From: Thermoanaerobaculia bacterium
Lineage (GTDB): Bacteria; Acidobacteriota; Thermoanaerobaculia; UBA5066
Direction: 5' to 3'
Assembly (NCBI GenBank): GCA_963719225.1
Contig: CAVRAY010000001.1
Coordinates: 2,528,001-2,592,000, forward strand
Length of the DNA stretch: 64,000 nucleotides
The position numbers and the translations under genes were made by a program. Positions 1 through 9,347 of this stretch are shown here, in pieces (the stretch's first letter is position 1; every line of letters begins with the position of its first letter). Under the pieces are notes generated by a model that saw nothing but the letters and a program-made list of their open reading frames with translations, had not been told where the DNA came from and ran no database searches.

Positions 1-769
1 AAAGGAAGCGGCGCGCGCGCCGCCCCTCTTCGCTCTCGGGGGCGGCGTTGACCGTGCGCTGCATGTAGCGGACCGCGAGGTCGCGCCGGCCGCTCGACAG
101 GAGGCAGAGCGCGGCCTGGTAGTTCGCGACCGTGTCGCGAGGTTCGTTCTTCAGCACGGAGAGGAAGTCCTCGAGCGCGCCCTTCAGGTCGTCGAGCTTC
201 ATGCGCGCGAGGCCTCGTTCACGATAGGCGCGGTCGTTGTCGGGCGAATCGGCGAGGGCGAGGGAGAATTCGCGTTCCGCATCGCGCCAGGCTTCGCGTC
301 TCCGGTGCAACAGCCCGAGGTTGTAATGCGCGTTCGCCTTCTCCGGCGAGGGAGGGCCGTCGAGGACGGCCTGAAAGTCGACCTCCGAGTCCTCGAAGTG
401 GCCCGCCTCCATGTGGGCGACGCCCCGGTTGTTTCGCGCCTCGACGAACGCGGCGTCGAGGCGAAGCGAGTCCGAAAACGCCTTGAGGGCGCCGGGGTAG
501 TCCTTCTTGAAGAGCAGCGCGAGGCCGAGCGCGTTCGGGACGCGCGGATCGCGCGGCGAGCTCGTGCGGGCCCGGAGGAGGATCTGGATGGCCTCGTCGG
601 CTCGGCCCTCCCGCAGCATGGAGAGTCCGCTCCGGTAGTCGACCAGGTCGGCGAGACCAGGGTTTTCCTTCGGGGGCGCCGAGGCGCTGCCGCATCCCGT
701 GAGGACGGCCGAGAGCGCGACGAGCACCGCCGCGGCGGGGCACGCGGCCGGGAGGCTCCGCGTCCTCAC
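1..769 (-). CDS. TPR-repeat lipoprotein, PilF/PilW-like (3' end runs off the window)
   Basis: Not in the ORF track. The GTG at 769 overlaps the upstream TGA (GTGA). Manual translation MRTRSLPAACPAAAVLVALSAVLTGC gives a lipobox, followed by TPR motifs (NALGLALL, ARNNRGVAHM, AHYNLGLLH). Confidence 0.8.
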   Translation of the reverse strand, partial: MRTRSLPAACPAAAVLVALSAVLTGCGSASAPPKENPGLADLVDYRSGLSMLREGRADEAIQILLRARTSSPRDPRVPNALGLALLFKKDYPGALKAFSDSLRLDAAFVEARNNRGVAHMEAGHFEDSEVDFQAVLDGPPSPEKANAHYNLGLLHRRREAWRDAEREFSLALADSPDNDRAYRERGLARMKLDDLKGALEDFLSVLKNEPRDTVANYQAALCLLSSGRRDLAVRYMQRTVNAAPESEEGRRARRFL

Positions 770-2499
770 GCAGAGGCCTTCAGCGGAACCTCTTCCCCGA
801 GGAACTCGAAGTCGCCGGAATTCCACGCCTTGTCGAGTGCGGCGATGACCGCCGGGTCGAACGATTTTCCCGCGAAGGAGATGATCTGCGTGATGACGTA
901 GGTGAGCGGCATGGCTTTCTGGTACGGGCGCGTCGTCGTCATGGCGTCGAAGGTGTCCGCCACGGCCACGACGCGAGCGACGAGCGGAATGCCTTCGCCC
1001 TTCAGACCGTCCGGGTAGCCCCCGCCAGCCCATTTCTCGTGATGGTGCTTGATTCCCGGAATGACGTCCTTGAGCTGAGGAATCTGACCCATGATGAGCG
1101 CGCCCTTGGCCGGGTGCGTCTTCATGATCTCGAATTCCTCGCTCGTGAGGGCGGTCGGCTTCCTCAGGATGCGGTCGTCGATGCCGATCTTGCCGACGTC
1201 GTGGAGCAGCGCCGAGAGCCGCACGACACGCACTTCCTCGGGAGACAGATCCATGTGGCGCGCGAGGACGACCGCATAGCGGGCGACCCGCTCCGAATGA
1301 CCGCGCGTATATGGATCCTTGGCGTCGATCGCGGCCGCGAGCGTGCGCACGGAATTGATGAACAGCTCCTGGTTCTCTTTCGCCGCCCTCTTGAGCCGAT
1401 CCACAGATTTTTCGATCGAGTCGGACATGGAGTTGAATGTCTCGGAGAGCTCCGCGAGCTCGCGCACGCCGCGGACCTCGACGCGCTGCTTGAAGTTCCC
1501 TTCCGCGATCGACCGCACCTTCTCGACCATCTCGACGAGCGGGTGCGCGAGCAGGCGCGCGGCGACGAGAGCGACGAGCCCGGCGAAGAACAGAGAGAAA
1601 ACCGCGAGGAGGGAAGAGGCCTTCTGCATCTGCGCAACCGATGCGTAGGCCGCCGCCTCGTCCTTCTCCACGATGACGCCCCAGTCCGGGGTCGGGATCG
1701 TCGCGAGCGTGCCGAGAACGCGACGCGCGGTCTTGCCCTCGCCCCGCATGTACGACTTCGTGATCCGGACCGGATGCGCGATGAACTCACTGACGAGGTC
1801 GAGGTGGTGCACGTCCCTCGAACGGAAAGCCGAGGCGTCGCTCGACAGGATGAGCGTGCCCGACCGGTCGACGATATAGGCGAGGACGACGCCGCTCTGC
1901 CCCGCGTCGTCGAGCTTCGCCTTGATGAACTTGAGAGACAACAACGCCTCGACCACGCCGATCGGCTGCTGGCCCTCCGCCGGCCGGACGGGCACGGCGA
2001 GAACGAGCGCGCCATCCGGAAGCGACTTGGGAAAGATCGGGTCGGCCACGTACGAATCGCCGCGCATCGCGGCGTTGTAGGCCTGGCTGAGCGGGCGCTC
2101 CACGTCCGGGTCGAGAGTCGCGGTATCGGCCGCGGAGGCGACGCCGTCGCGGTCGAGGGCGCGCAGCACGGGGAAGCTGGACTCGGCATCGGCGTACTCG
2201 CGCAGGAGCTGCTTTTTCGAGAGATAGAAGAACGGGTCGGTGGACATCGAGCTCGCGAGCCGGATGCCGTCCGCGATCTTCTTGAGCTGCGATTGGGCGT
2301 TCGTGATGTACGTGTCGAAGCTGTCGGCGAGGGTCACCGAGCTGTTCTTCAGGTATTTTTTCTCGGCCGTTTCGAGAGCGTCCCGGTTGATGCGGATGAG
2401 GTTGAAATGCAGGAGGGCGAGGGGGACGATCGAGACGAGGACCAGCGCGACGAGCAGAGCCGTCACGATCCTCAGGCGGGGAAGCCGGGCAACACCCAT
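766..2499 (-). CDS. Membrane HD-GYP c-di-GMP phosphodiesterase with Cache-like and HAMP domains
   Basis: Two TM segments, a HAMP region (PLVEMVEKVRSIAEGNF), and motifs DAKDPYTRGHSERV, LLHDVGKIG, HHEKWAGGGYPDGL. Confidence 0.9.
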   Translation of the reverse strand: MGVARLPRLRIVTALLVALVLVSIVPLALLHFNLIRINRDALETAEKKYLKNSSVTLADSFDTYITNAQSQLKKIADGIRLASSMSTDPFFYLSKKQLLREYADAESSFPVLRALDRDGVASAADTATLDPDVERPLSQAYNAAMRGDSYVADPIFPKSLPDGALVLAVPVRPAEGQQPIGVVEALLSLKFIKAKLDDAGQSGVVLAYIVDRSGTLILSSDASAFRSRDVHHLDLVSEFIAHPVRITKSYMRGEGKTARRVLGTLATIPTPDWGVIVEKDEAAAYASVAQMQKASSLLAVFSLFFAGLVALVAARLLAHPLVEMVEKVRSIAEGNFKQRVEVRGVRELAELSETFNSMSDSIEKSVDRLKRAAKENQELFINSVRTLAAAIDAKDPYTRGHSERVARYAVVLARHMDLSPEEVRVVRLSALLHDVGKIGIDDRILRKPTALTSEEFEIMKTHPAKGALIMGQIPQLKDVIPGIKHHHEKWAGGGYPDGLKGEGIPLVARVVAVADTFDAMTTTRPYQKAMPLTYVITQIISFAGKSFDPAVIAALDKAWNSGDFEFLGEEVPLKASA

Positions 2500-3614
2500 C
2501 CGACCCTATTGTACCCCGCAAGAACGCTCTCGAAGGCCTCCACGAGCTCCGCCGCCTCGACGCGCACGAGCGCGGTTTCGCCGGGGCGGGCGAGGACCAC
2601 GGCCTTGTGGCCGCGGCGGTCGGATTTCTTGTCGGCCCGAAGGAGCGCGCCGACTCCGCGCACCGCGGAAGTGGAAGGGCACGGCGGCTGGACGAGCCGG
2701 ACGACGCGGCCAGCGAGCGCCTCGGCCGTGCCCCGGGGAAGCCGCGCTCTCTTCACCGATACGTGAAGCGCCGCGAGCAGCCCCCAGGCGACGGCTTCCC
2801 CGTGCTCGAGGCGGTGTCCCGAGGCCGTTTCGAGAGCGTGGCCCACCGTGTGTCCGAGGTTCAGGGCGGCCCTCTCCCCCGTTCTCTCGAAGGGATCGCG
2901 TGACACGGCGCGCGCCTTCACGCGCAGGGACCGGAGCACGGCCTCGGTGACGGCCGCCGGCTCTCGGGCGGAAAGGGGGACCTCGAGGCGCGCCATCGCC
3001 CGATGGAAATCCGCGTCGAGCATCGACGTCTTGACGGCCTCCGCCAGACCGGACCGATACGCGCGGAGCGGCAGCGTCTCGAGCGTGGACGTATCGACGA
3101 CGACGAGACGAGCCGGATGGAACGCGCCCGCGAGATTCTTTCCCGAGGGAAGGTCCACGGCGGTCTTGCCGCCGAGGGCGCTGTCGGAGGCCGCGAGAAG
3201 AGTCGTCGGCGCCTGGACGACAGGCACGCCGCGCAGCGCGAGAGCGGCCGCGAAGCCCGCCACGTCACCCACGGTTCCACCTCCCAACGCGACGACGCCC
3301 CCGTCCCGCCGAAGGCCGCGCCGGACGAGCTGCTCGAGGAGCCGGCCGAGGACGGACCAGGTCTTGGCGGCTTCGCCGTCCGGGACGAAGAGGGGTTTCG
3401 GATCGAGGACCCCCTCAATGCCTCCAGCTGACAGCTTCGGGCCATGGAGATTGAAGATCTTCTTAGAAGTAATGAGGAACCAGCGGCCCGGCGCAATACG
3501 GCGGAGGCGCGCGCCGAGCGAAGCCAGCGCGCCGGACCCGACGACGACGTCGGTCCGGACGCCGGCCGCAACAAACGAAAACGAGGAGAGATGACGGCCC
3601 TTCCCCAACCACAC
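2472..3614 (-). CDS. aroB: 3-dehydroquinate synthase
   Basis: Motifs DGEAAK, GGGTVGDVAGF, PTTLLAASDSALGGK, LNLGHTVGHALE, HGEAV. Start codon uncertain. Confidence 0.92.
   Translation of the reverse strand: MWLGKGRHLSSFSFVAAGVRTDVVVGSGALASLGARLRRIAPGRWFLITSKKIFNLHGPKLSAGGIEGVLDPKPLFVPDGEAAKTWSVLGRLLEQLVRRGLRRDGGVVALGGGTVGDVAGFAAALALRGVPVVQAPTTLLAASDSALGGKTAVDLPSGKNLAGAFHPARLVVVDTSTLETLPLRAYRSGLAEAVKTSMLDADFHRAMARLEVPLSAREPAAVTEAVLRSLRVKARAVSRDPFERTGERAALNLGHTVGHALETASGHRLEHGEAVAWGLLAALHVSVKRARLPRGTAEALAGRVVRLVQPPCPSTSAVRGVGALLRADKKSDRRGHKAVVLARPGETALVRVEAAELVEAFESVLAGYNRVGWVLPGFPA
2508..2513 (-). promoter_or_regulatory. Putative -10 box TACAAT 8 nt before the HD-GYP ATG (inside the aroB 3' end)
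   Basis: gcggggTACAATagggtcggATG on the minus strand. Confidence 0.5.
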
Positions 3615-3628
3615 GCCCTTCCCCTCTC

Positions 3629-3648
3629 CCCCTTCTAAGAAAATCTTC
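3629..3648. repeat. 20-bp repeat CCCCTTCTAAGAAAATCTTC, copy 1 (aroB-aspS intergenic)
   Basis: Identical to 18598..18617. The similarity extends about 20 bp further into a C/T tract. Confidence 0.85.
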
Positions 3649-3685
3649 TCTTCTCTTTTCTTTTCCTAGACAAGAAATATTCTCT

Positions 3686-5449
3686 TCAGCCCTCGGCCTT
3701 CGGCGGTTTCGCGAGCGCGATGTGGAGCTCGGCGAGCTGCTCGGACGACACGGGATTCGGGCACTGGGTCATGAGATCCGTCCCCGAAGCGGTCTTCGGG
3801 AAGGCGATCACGTCGCGAATCGAGGACGAGCCCGTCAGGATCATGAGCATGCGATCGAGCCCGAGCGCGATCCCGCCATGGGGCGGTGCGCCGAAACGGA
3901 AGGCGTCGAGGAGGAATCCGAACTTGGAGCGTGCCTCCTCCGGGCTAATTCCGAGCGCGGTGAAAACGCGCGACTGCACGTCGGGCCGGTGGATCCGGAT
4001 GGACCCGCCGCCCAGCTCCATGCCGTTCAGAACGACGTCGTACGCGCGCGCCTTCACGCGGCCGGGCTCGCTCTCGAGATACGGCAGGTCCTCCTCGCGC
4101 GGCGACGTGAACGGGTGATGCATCGCGTACCAGCGGGCGTCTTCCTCGTGCCATTCCAGAAGCGGGAAGCCGGTCACCCAGAGGAACTCGTAGCGTCCTT
4201 CGGGGACGAGCTTCTCCTCGCGCGCGATCTGGACGCGGAGCGCGCCGAGGAAGTCATTGACGGACTTCTTCGTACCGGCGGCAATGAGGAGGAGGTCGCC
4301 GGAACGCCCGCCCAGCGCGGCACCGATCTTCTCGACCGCTCCGTCGCTGAAGATTTTCTTGGAATTGGAATTCCAGGCCTCCTCTTCCGCGAGCTTGACC
4401 CAGATGAACCACTCGGCGCCGCTCGCCCGCGCGGCCTTTTCGAGGTCATCCAGCCGCTTGCGGGAAAAAGACGCGCCGCCGGGCACGCACAGTCCTTTGG
4501 CCGTATCCATTTTCGAAGGAAAAACAAGCAAACCCTCGCCGAGGCTTTTCAATTCGAGATCGAAGCGGGTGTCCGGCCGGTCGATGCCGTAGCGCTCCAT
4601 CGCCTCGTCGTACGTCATTCTCTTGAACGGGGCCTCGCACGGGATCCCCCACGCCGGGAATACCTTCGCGAAGAGCTTCTCGACGAGCGCGAAGACGGCC
4701 TCCTCGCTCGGGAACGACATCTCGATGTCCACCTGAGTGAACTCGGGCTGGCGGTCGGCCCTCAGGTCCTCGTCGCGGAAGCAGCGTGCGATCTGGTAGT
4801 AGCGCTCCATCCCCGAGACCATCAGGAGCTGCTTGAAGAGCTGCGGCGACTGCGGGAGAGCGTAGAACTCGCCCTCGTGGACGCGCGACGGGACGAGGAA
4901 GTCGCGCGCGCCCTCGGGGGTCGACTTCGTGAGGATGGGCGTCTCCACGTCGAGGAACCCCTCGGCGTGCATCACTTCCCGGATCGCCATCGTCACCGCG
5001 CTGCGCGTCATGAACTTCTTCGTCATTTCGGGGCGCCTGAGGTCGAGATAGCGGTGCGTGAGGCGCAGATCCTCCGACGCCTTGATGCCGTCCTCGATCG
5101 GAAATGGCGGGGTGTCGGCCCGATTCAGGATGGAAAGCGCCGTCGCGCGGAGCTCGATCTCGCCGGTCGGAAGGTCGCGATTGACGCTCGGCCCCTCCCT
5201 CTCGACGACCGCGCCGGTCACGTCGAGGACGAACTCGTTGCGAAGCTCCTTGGCCTTCTCGAGGAGATCGGCTTGAGGCACGAACCGCGCGTCGAACACG
5301 ACCTGGGCGATGCCGGAGCGGTCGCGCAGGTCGATGAACACGAGCTCGCCGTGGTCGCGTCGCCGGTTCACCCAGCCCTGCAGGCGAACCGTCCGCCCGA
5401 CGTCGTTCTTGCGGAGAGTTCCGGCGGGGGTGCGTTCCGGAGAGGACAT
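3686..5449 (-). CDS. aspS: Aspartate--tRNA ligase
   Basis: GWVNRRRDHG, FIDLRDRSG, TPEGARDF, LPQSPQLFKQ, RCFRDEDLRADRQPEF, GAPPHGGIALG. Start set at MSSPERT (ATG 5449). Confidence 0.97.
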   Translation of the reverse strand: MSSPERTPAGTLRKNDVGRTVRLQGWVNRRRDHGELVFIDLRDRSGIAQVVFDARFVPQADLLEKAKELRNEFVLDVTGAVVEREGPSVNRDLPTGEIELRATALSILNRADTPPFPIEDGIKASEDLRLTHRYLDLRRPEMTKKFMTRSAVTMAIREVMHAEGFLDVETPILTKSTPEGARDFLVPSRVHEGEFYALPQSPQLFKQLLMVSGMERYYQIARCFRDEDLRADRQPEFTQVDIEMSFPSEEAVFALVEKLFAKVFPAWGIPCEAPFKRMTYDEAMERYGIDRPDTRFDLELKSLGEGLLVFPSKMDTAKGLCVPGGASFSRKRLDDLEKAARASGAEWFIWVKLAEEEAWNSNSKKIFSDGAVEKIGAALGGRSGDLLLIAAGTKKSVNDFLGALRVQIAREEKLVPEGRYEFLWVTGFPLLEWHEEDARWYAMHHPFTSPREEDLPYLESEPGRVKARAYDVVLNGMELGGGSIRIHRPDVQSRVFTALGISPEEARSKFGFLLDAFRFGAPPHGGIALGLDRMLMILTGSSSIRDVIAFPKTASGTDLMTQCPNPVSSEQLAELHIALAKPPKAEG

Positions 5450-5460
5450 CGTGGCGGATC

Positions 5461-6723
5461 TTACAGACGCGCGCGGAGGACGGCCGCGAGGCCGAGCCGC
5501 GGCAGCGACTCCTGCGTGCGCCGCGCGAGATCCTTGACGTTCACGACTTCCGCCTCGCGCTCCTTCTGCCCGACGAGAACCGCGAGAGTGGCCCCGATCT
5601 TCTCCGCCACCCTGAGGCCGTGACCGGGCCCCTTCGCGGCCGTGACGAGATCGACGGGAATTCCCTCCTGGCGGAGCGCGCGGGCGAGCGCCATGGATTC
5701 CTCGACGTCGGCGCGCTCGAGAGGAATCACCGCGAGGCGCCTCGTCCCCTCGATCGCCTCCTTGCGGAATTCCGCAGGAAGGACGTCGACCAGACGGTCC
5801 TCGCCGATGGCGAACCCGATTCCTGCGGTCTTCGGTCCCCCGAGATCGGAAACGAGCCTGTCGTAGCGCCCGCCGCCGAGGATCGCATCCTGCGCTCCGA
5901 GGCCGGCGGCCGTCACCTCGAAGACCGTGCGGGTGTAGTAGTCCAGGCCGCGGACCAGAAGAGGATCGATTCGATACGGGATCTTCGCCGCGTCGAGAAA
6001 GCCGAGAAGCATCGTGTGGTGTTCGGAGGATTCCTTCGAAAGGTAATCGACCATGCGCGGCAGCGAGGGGTCGGCGAGCCATTCCGCGAGGCGCGGGTTC
6101 TTCGAATCGAGGATCCGGAGCGGGTTTTCCGCGAGGCGCCGCCTGTCGTCGTCATCCAGCGATTTCTCCTTCGAAGAAAACCAGGCGCGCAGCGCCTGGA
6201 TGAATTCCGGTCTCTCGGCGTCAGTCCCCACGGAATTGAGCGAAACGGAAAGTCCCGTGAACCCGAGCCGCCCGAGGAAGTCGAAGAGCATGACGAGCAG
6301 CTCGGCGTCCGTCGCGGCGTCCGCGGGGCCGAGCACCTCCGCGCCGATCTGCCGGAACTCGCGGTAGCGGCCCTTCTGCGGGCGCTCGTAGCGGAACTGC
6401 GGCCCGACGTAGTAGAGCTTCCAGGGCCTCCCGGCCTGGGCGAGCGCGTGCTCGACGTAGGCCCGCGCGACCCCGGCCGTGTTCTCGGGACGCATCGTCA
6501 CGGAGCGCCCGCCGCGGTCGGTGAACGTGTACATCTCCTTGTGGACGATGTCGGTCGCCTCGCCGACGCTCCTGACGAAGAGCTCGGTGGACTCAAGCGT
6601 CGGCGTCCGGATCTCGTCGAACCCGTAGAGCGCGAAAACCGCGTGCGCGGCGGCTTCGACGCGGTTCCAGACACGCGTCTCGGGCGGGAGGAGGTCCCGC
6701 GTCCCCTTGACGCTCGCGATCAT
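5461..6723 (-). CDS. hisS: Histidine--tRNA ligase
   Basis: KGTRD, RPENTA, FRYERPQKGRYREF, LVRGLDYY, GGGRYD. Confidence 0.97.
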   Translation of the reverse strand: MIASVKGTRDLLPPETRVWNRVEAAAHAVFALYGFDEIRTPTLESTELFVRSVGEATDIVHKEMYTFTDRGGRSVTMRPENTAGVARAYVEHALAQAGRPWKLYYVGPQFRYERPQKGRYREFRQIGAEVLGPADAATDAELLVMLFDFLGRLGFTGLSVSLNSVGTDAERPEFIQALRAWFSSKEKSLDDDDRRRLAENPLRILDSKNPRLAEWLADPSLPRMVDYLSKESSEHHTMLLGFLDAAKIPYRIDPLLVRGLDYYTRTVFEVTAAGLGAQDAILGGGRYDRLVSDLGGPKTAGIGFAIGEDRLVDVLPAEFRKEAIEGTRRLAVIPLERADVEESMALARALRQEGIPVDLVTAAKGPGHGLRVAEKIGATLAVLVGQKEREAEVVNVKDLARRTQESLPRLGLAAVLRARL

Positions 6724-6748
6724 CGTGGGCCCTCGCGGGCCGCCGGCG

Positions 6749-7306
6749 TCACGCGCGGCGAAGGGCCGCGTTCACGTCCGCCAGGCCCTTCGCCTCGTTG
6801 CCGAGGTATTCGGTCTTGTACTCGAGGTAGTTCTTCCAATACGTCCTGAGGCCCTCGACCTCGTCCGGGGTGAGGTCGCGCCTGTACTTCGCGGGATTCC
6901 CCGCCCAGAGCGTGGCCGGCGGGATCACCGTCCCGTTCAGGACGACCGAGCCGGCCGCGACGAGGGCGCTGGCGCCGACATCGGCGTTGTCGAGAACGGT
7001 CGCGTTCATGCCGATGAGGGCGCCCCGGTGGACGGTGCAGGCATGCACGACGGCGTTGTGACCGACCGTGACCTCCTCCTCGAGCGTGAGAGGCCCGATC
7101 CGGCTCGTGACGTGGAGCGAGCAGTTGTCCTGCACGTTCGAGCGGGCGCCGATTCGAATCGAGCAGCAGTCGCCGCGAACGACCGCCGAATACCAGATCG
7201 ACACGTCGTCGGCGAGGACCACGTCCCCGATGACCGCCGCCGTCTCCGCGACGAAGACTCCCGAGCCGAGCCGGGGCGCGAGGCCGCGGTAAGAACGAAT
7301 CGTCAT
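6749..7306 (-). CDS. Gamma carbonic anhydrase family (YrdA-like) hexapeptide protein
   Basis: VIGDVVL..VSIWYSAVVRGD, SNVQDN, VTVGHNAVVHAC. Confidence 0.92.
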   Translation of the reverse strand: MTIRSYRGLAPRLGSGVFVAETAAVIGDVVLADDVSIWYSAVVRGDCCSIRIGARSNVQDNCSLHVTSRIGPLTLEEEVTVGHNAVVHACTVHRGALIGMNATVLDNADVGASALVAAGSVVLNGTVIPPATLWAGNPAKYRRDLTPDEVEGLRTYWKNYLEYKTEYLGNEAKGLADVNAALRRA

Positions 7307-7420
7307 CCAAATCGAACGATATCAAAGCGTCGACGCGACTGAATCGTCCCCCTGCACAGCACCTTGTGCGAGGCGGAAAAACCCGAGCAATAACGCCGCT
7401 TCAAGGGCTTTTTTCGACCG

Positions 7421-7471
7421 CAATACACAGGCTTTTCCACAGATAAGTTGAAATGTCTCAACTTCTTGATT
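7421..7471. promoter_or_regulatory. DnaA-box-like pair plus IHF consensus site
   Basis: TTTTCCACA at 7433..7441 is a perfect match to TTWTNCACA. CAATACACA at 7421..7429 has 2 mismatches. The reverse complement of 7459..7471 is AATCAAGAAGTTG, matching WATCAANNNNTTR. Confidence 0.55.
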
Positions 7472-7546
7472 GTCAGCGATTTGGAATGGATGGGACGGCG
7501 AAATACTGGGGTTTCTTCGCACGCCTCTTACAAACGAGAATCAGGG

Positions 7547-9340
7547 TCAGGCGGATCGACCGGAGGGCCGCGCCCTCGAGCTGCTTTTCCCGAAAGCCGA
7601 GAGCAGCTGGCGCGCCTGGGCGCGTGCCGGCTCCCCCACGGACGCGCCCGCGAGGAGCGCCGCGACGGCCTCCATCCGGCCGGTCCCGTCGAGGGCCTCC
7701 ACGCGCGTCCGCGTCCGGCCTTTCGAAGCCTCCTTCGAGACCGAGAAATGCCACTCGCCGGCTGCGGCGACCTGCGCGAGATGCGTGACGACGAGGACCT
7801 GCTCTTTCGCCGCCAGACCCCGCAGCTTCCGCCCGACGGCCTCTGCCGTCGCGCCCGACACGCCCGCGTCCACCTCGTCGAAGACGAAGGTCCGAACCGG
7901 ACTGCCGCGCCGCCGGGCCGCCGGCTCGTCCTCCCGGAGCAGCTCCTCGGCGCCCAGCGCCGCGGCGAGTGCGAGCTGGACGCGAGAGAGCTCTCCGCCC
8001 GACGCGATCTTCTGGAGCGGACGCGCCGGCTCCCCCGGGTTCGGCGCGAAGGCGAAGCCCACCACGTCGATGCCATGCGCCCCGAAGGAGACGCGGCTGC
8101 CGCCGGCCGCGAAGCGGCTCGATTCCTCTTCCCGGCGCGCGACGGAGACCGAAAACGACGACTTCAGGAACGCGAGGTCGCGCAGGTGCGCCTCCACGGC
8201 CCGGCCGAGGCGCGGCGCGGCCGCCTCGCGCGCGGCGGAGAGCTCGAGCGCGGCGCGGCGAAAGGCGGAAAAGGCCTTTTCCGACGTCCCCTCCGCCTTC
8301 TTGACGGCGCCCTCGAGATCGCGAAGCTCGTCGCGCTCGTTGGCGAGGGACGCGCGCTTCTCGAGCACGTCGGAGAGCGTCGCGCCGTACTTCCGCTTCA
8401 GCTTCGCGAGAGCGTCGAGCCGCTCGGCCACGAACGCGGCCCGGGCGGGATCGGCCTCGAGGCTCCCGAGGTCGCGGGACGTCTCGAAGGCGACCTCCTT
8501 GAGTCGTTCGATCGCCTCGGCGAGGGTTGCGCTTCGGGTGGCGTAGGAAGAAGAGAATTCTTCGAGTGAATGAAGAGCGGAACGCGCCGCGGCGGCGGCC
8601 CTCAAGGCGCCCCGCTCGTCGTCCTCCAGAGCCGCGGACGCTTCCGCGAGAAGCTTTCCGATCCGCTCGACGCTCGCCAGTCTCTTCCTTTCAGAAGAAA
8701 TCTCCTCGTCTTCCCCCTCTTTCGGTCCGACCCCGTCGATCTCGCCGATCTGGAAATCGAGCAGCTCGAGCCTTTGAACGCGGTCCCTGGCCGCCTCGTG
8801 AAGGCGGGCGAGGTCGCGCTCGGCGCCGACGAACTCGCGGAAGAGCGCCGCCGTCGCCGCCGCCTTCTCCCCGAGACCCGCGAAGCGGTCGAGGAGCTCG
8901 CGAGGCGCATCGGGATCGAGGAGGTCGCGCGCCTCCGCCTGTCCGTAGAGGACGAGGAGATGCGGCGCGATCTCCTGCAGGGTCTTCAGGGCCGTGGGAG
9001 AGCCGTTCACGAGGAGCCGGCTCTTGCCGCCCGCGGCGACTTCTCGGCGCACGACGACTTCGAACGGGCCCGAGCCGCCTTCCTCGAGGAGGCCCGCGTC
9101 GGCGAGCGTACGCCTCGCCTCGGCGTCGTCGCAGTCGAACGCGCCCTCGACGACGAGCCGCTCGGCCCCCGCGCGGACGAGAGCGGGGTCCGCCCGTCCT
9201 CCCGCGAGGAGCATCACGGCGTCGACGACGAGGGACTTGCCGGCGCCCGTCTCTCCCGTCAGGACGGTGAGGCCTTCACCGAACGCCACCTCGACGTCCT
9301 CGAGGACGGCGAGGTCGCGGACACGGAGAGACGTCAACAT
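7547..9340 (-). CDS. recN: DNA repair protein RecN
   Basis: LTGETGAGKS Walker A, coiled coil, ASGGELSR, FDEVDAGVSG, VTHLAQVAA. Confidence 0.96.
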   Translation of the reverse strand: MLTSLRVRDLAVLEDVEVAFGEGLTVLTGETGAGKSLVVDAVMLLAGGRADPALVRAGAERLVVEGAFDCDDAEARRTLADAGLLEEGGSGPFEVVVRREVAAGGKSRLLVNGSPTALKTLQEIAPHLLVLYGQAEARDLLDPDAPRELLDRFAGLGEKAAATAALFREFVGAERDLARLHEAARDRVQRLELLDFQIGEIDGVGPKEGEDEEISSERKRLASVERIGKLLAEASAALEDDERGALRAAAAARSALHSLEEFSSSYATRSATLAEAIERLKEVAFETSRDLGSLEADPARAAFVAERLDALAKLKRKYGATLSDVLEKRASLANERDELRDLEGAVKKAEGTSEKAFSAFRRAALELSAAREAAAPRLGRAVEAHLRDLAFLKSSFSVSVARREEESSRFAAGGSRVSFGAHGIDVVGFAFAPNPGEPARPLQKIASGGELSRVQLALAAALGAEELLREDEPAARRRGSPVRTFVFDEVDAGVSGATAEAVGRKLRGLAAKEQVLVVTHLAQVAAAGEWHFSVSKEASKGRTRTRVEALDGTGRMEAVAALLAGASVGEPARAQARQLLSAFGKSSSRARPSGRSA

Positions 9341-9347
9341 GAAAGAG

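Noticed and set aside
7445-7464. 7-6-7 inverted repeat as a dif site
   Set aside because: The arms do not resemble the XerC/XerD consensus (e.g. TTATGTTAAAT).
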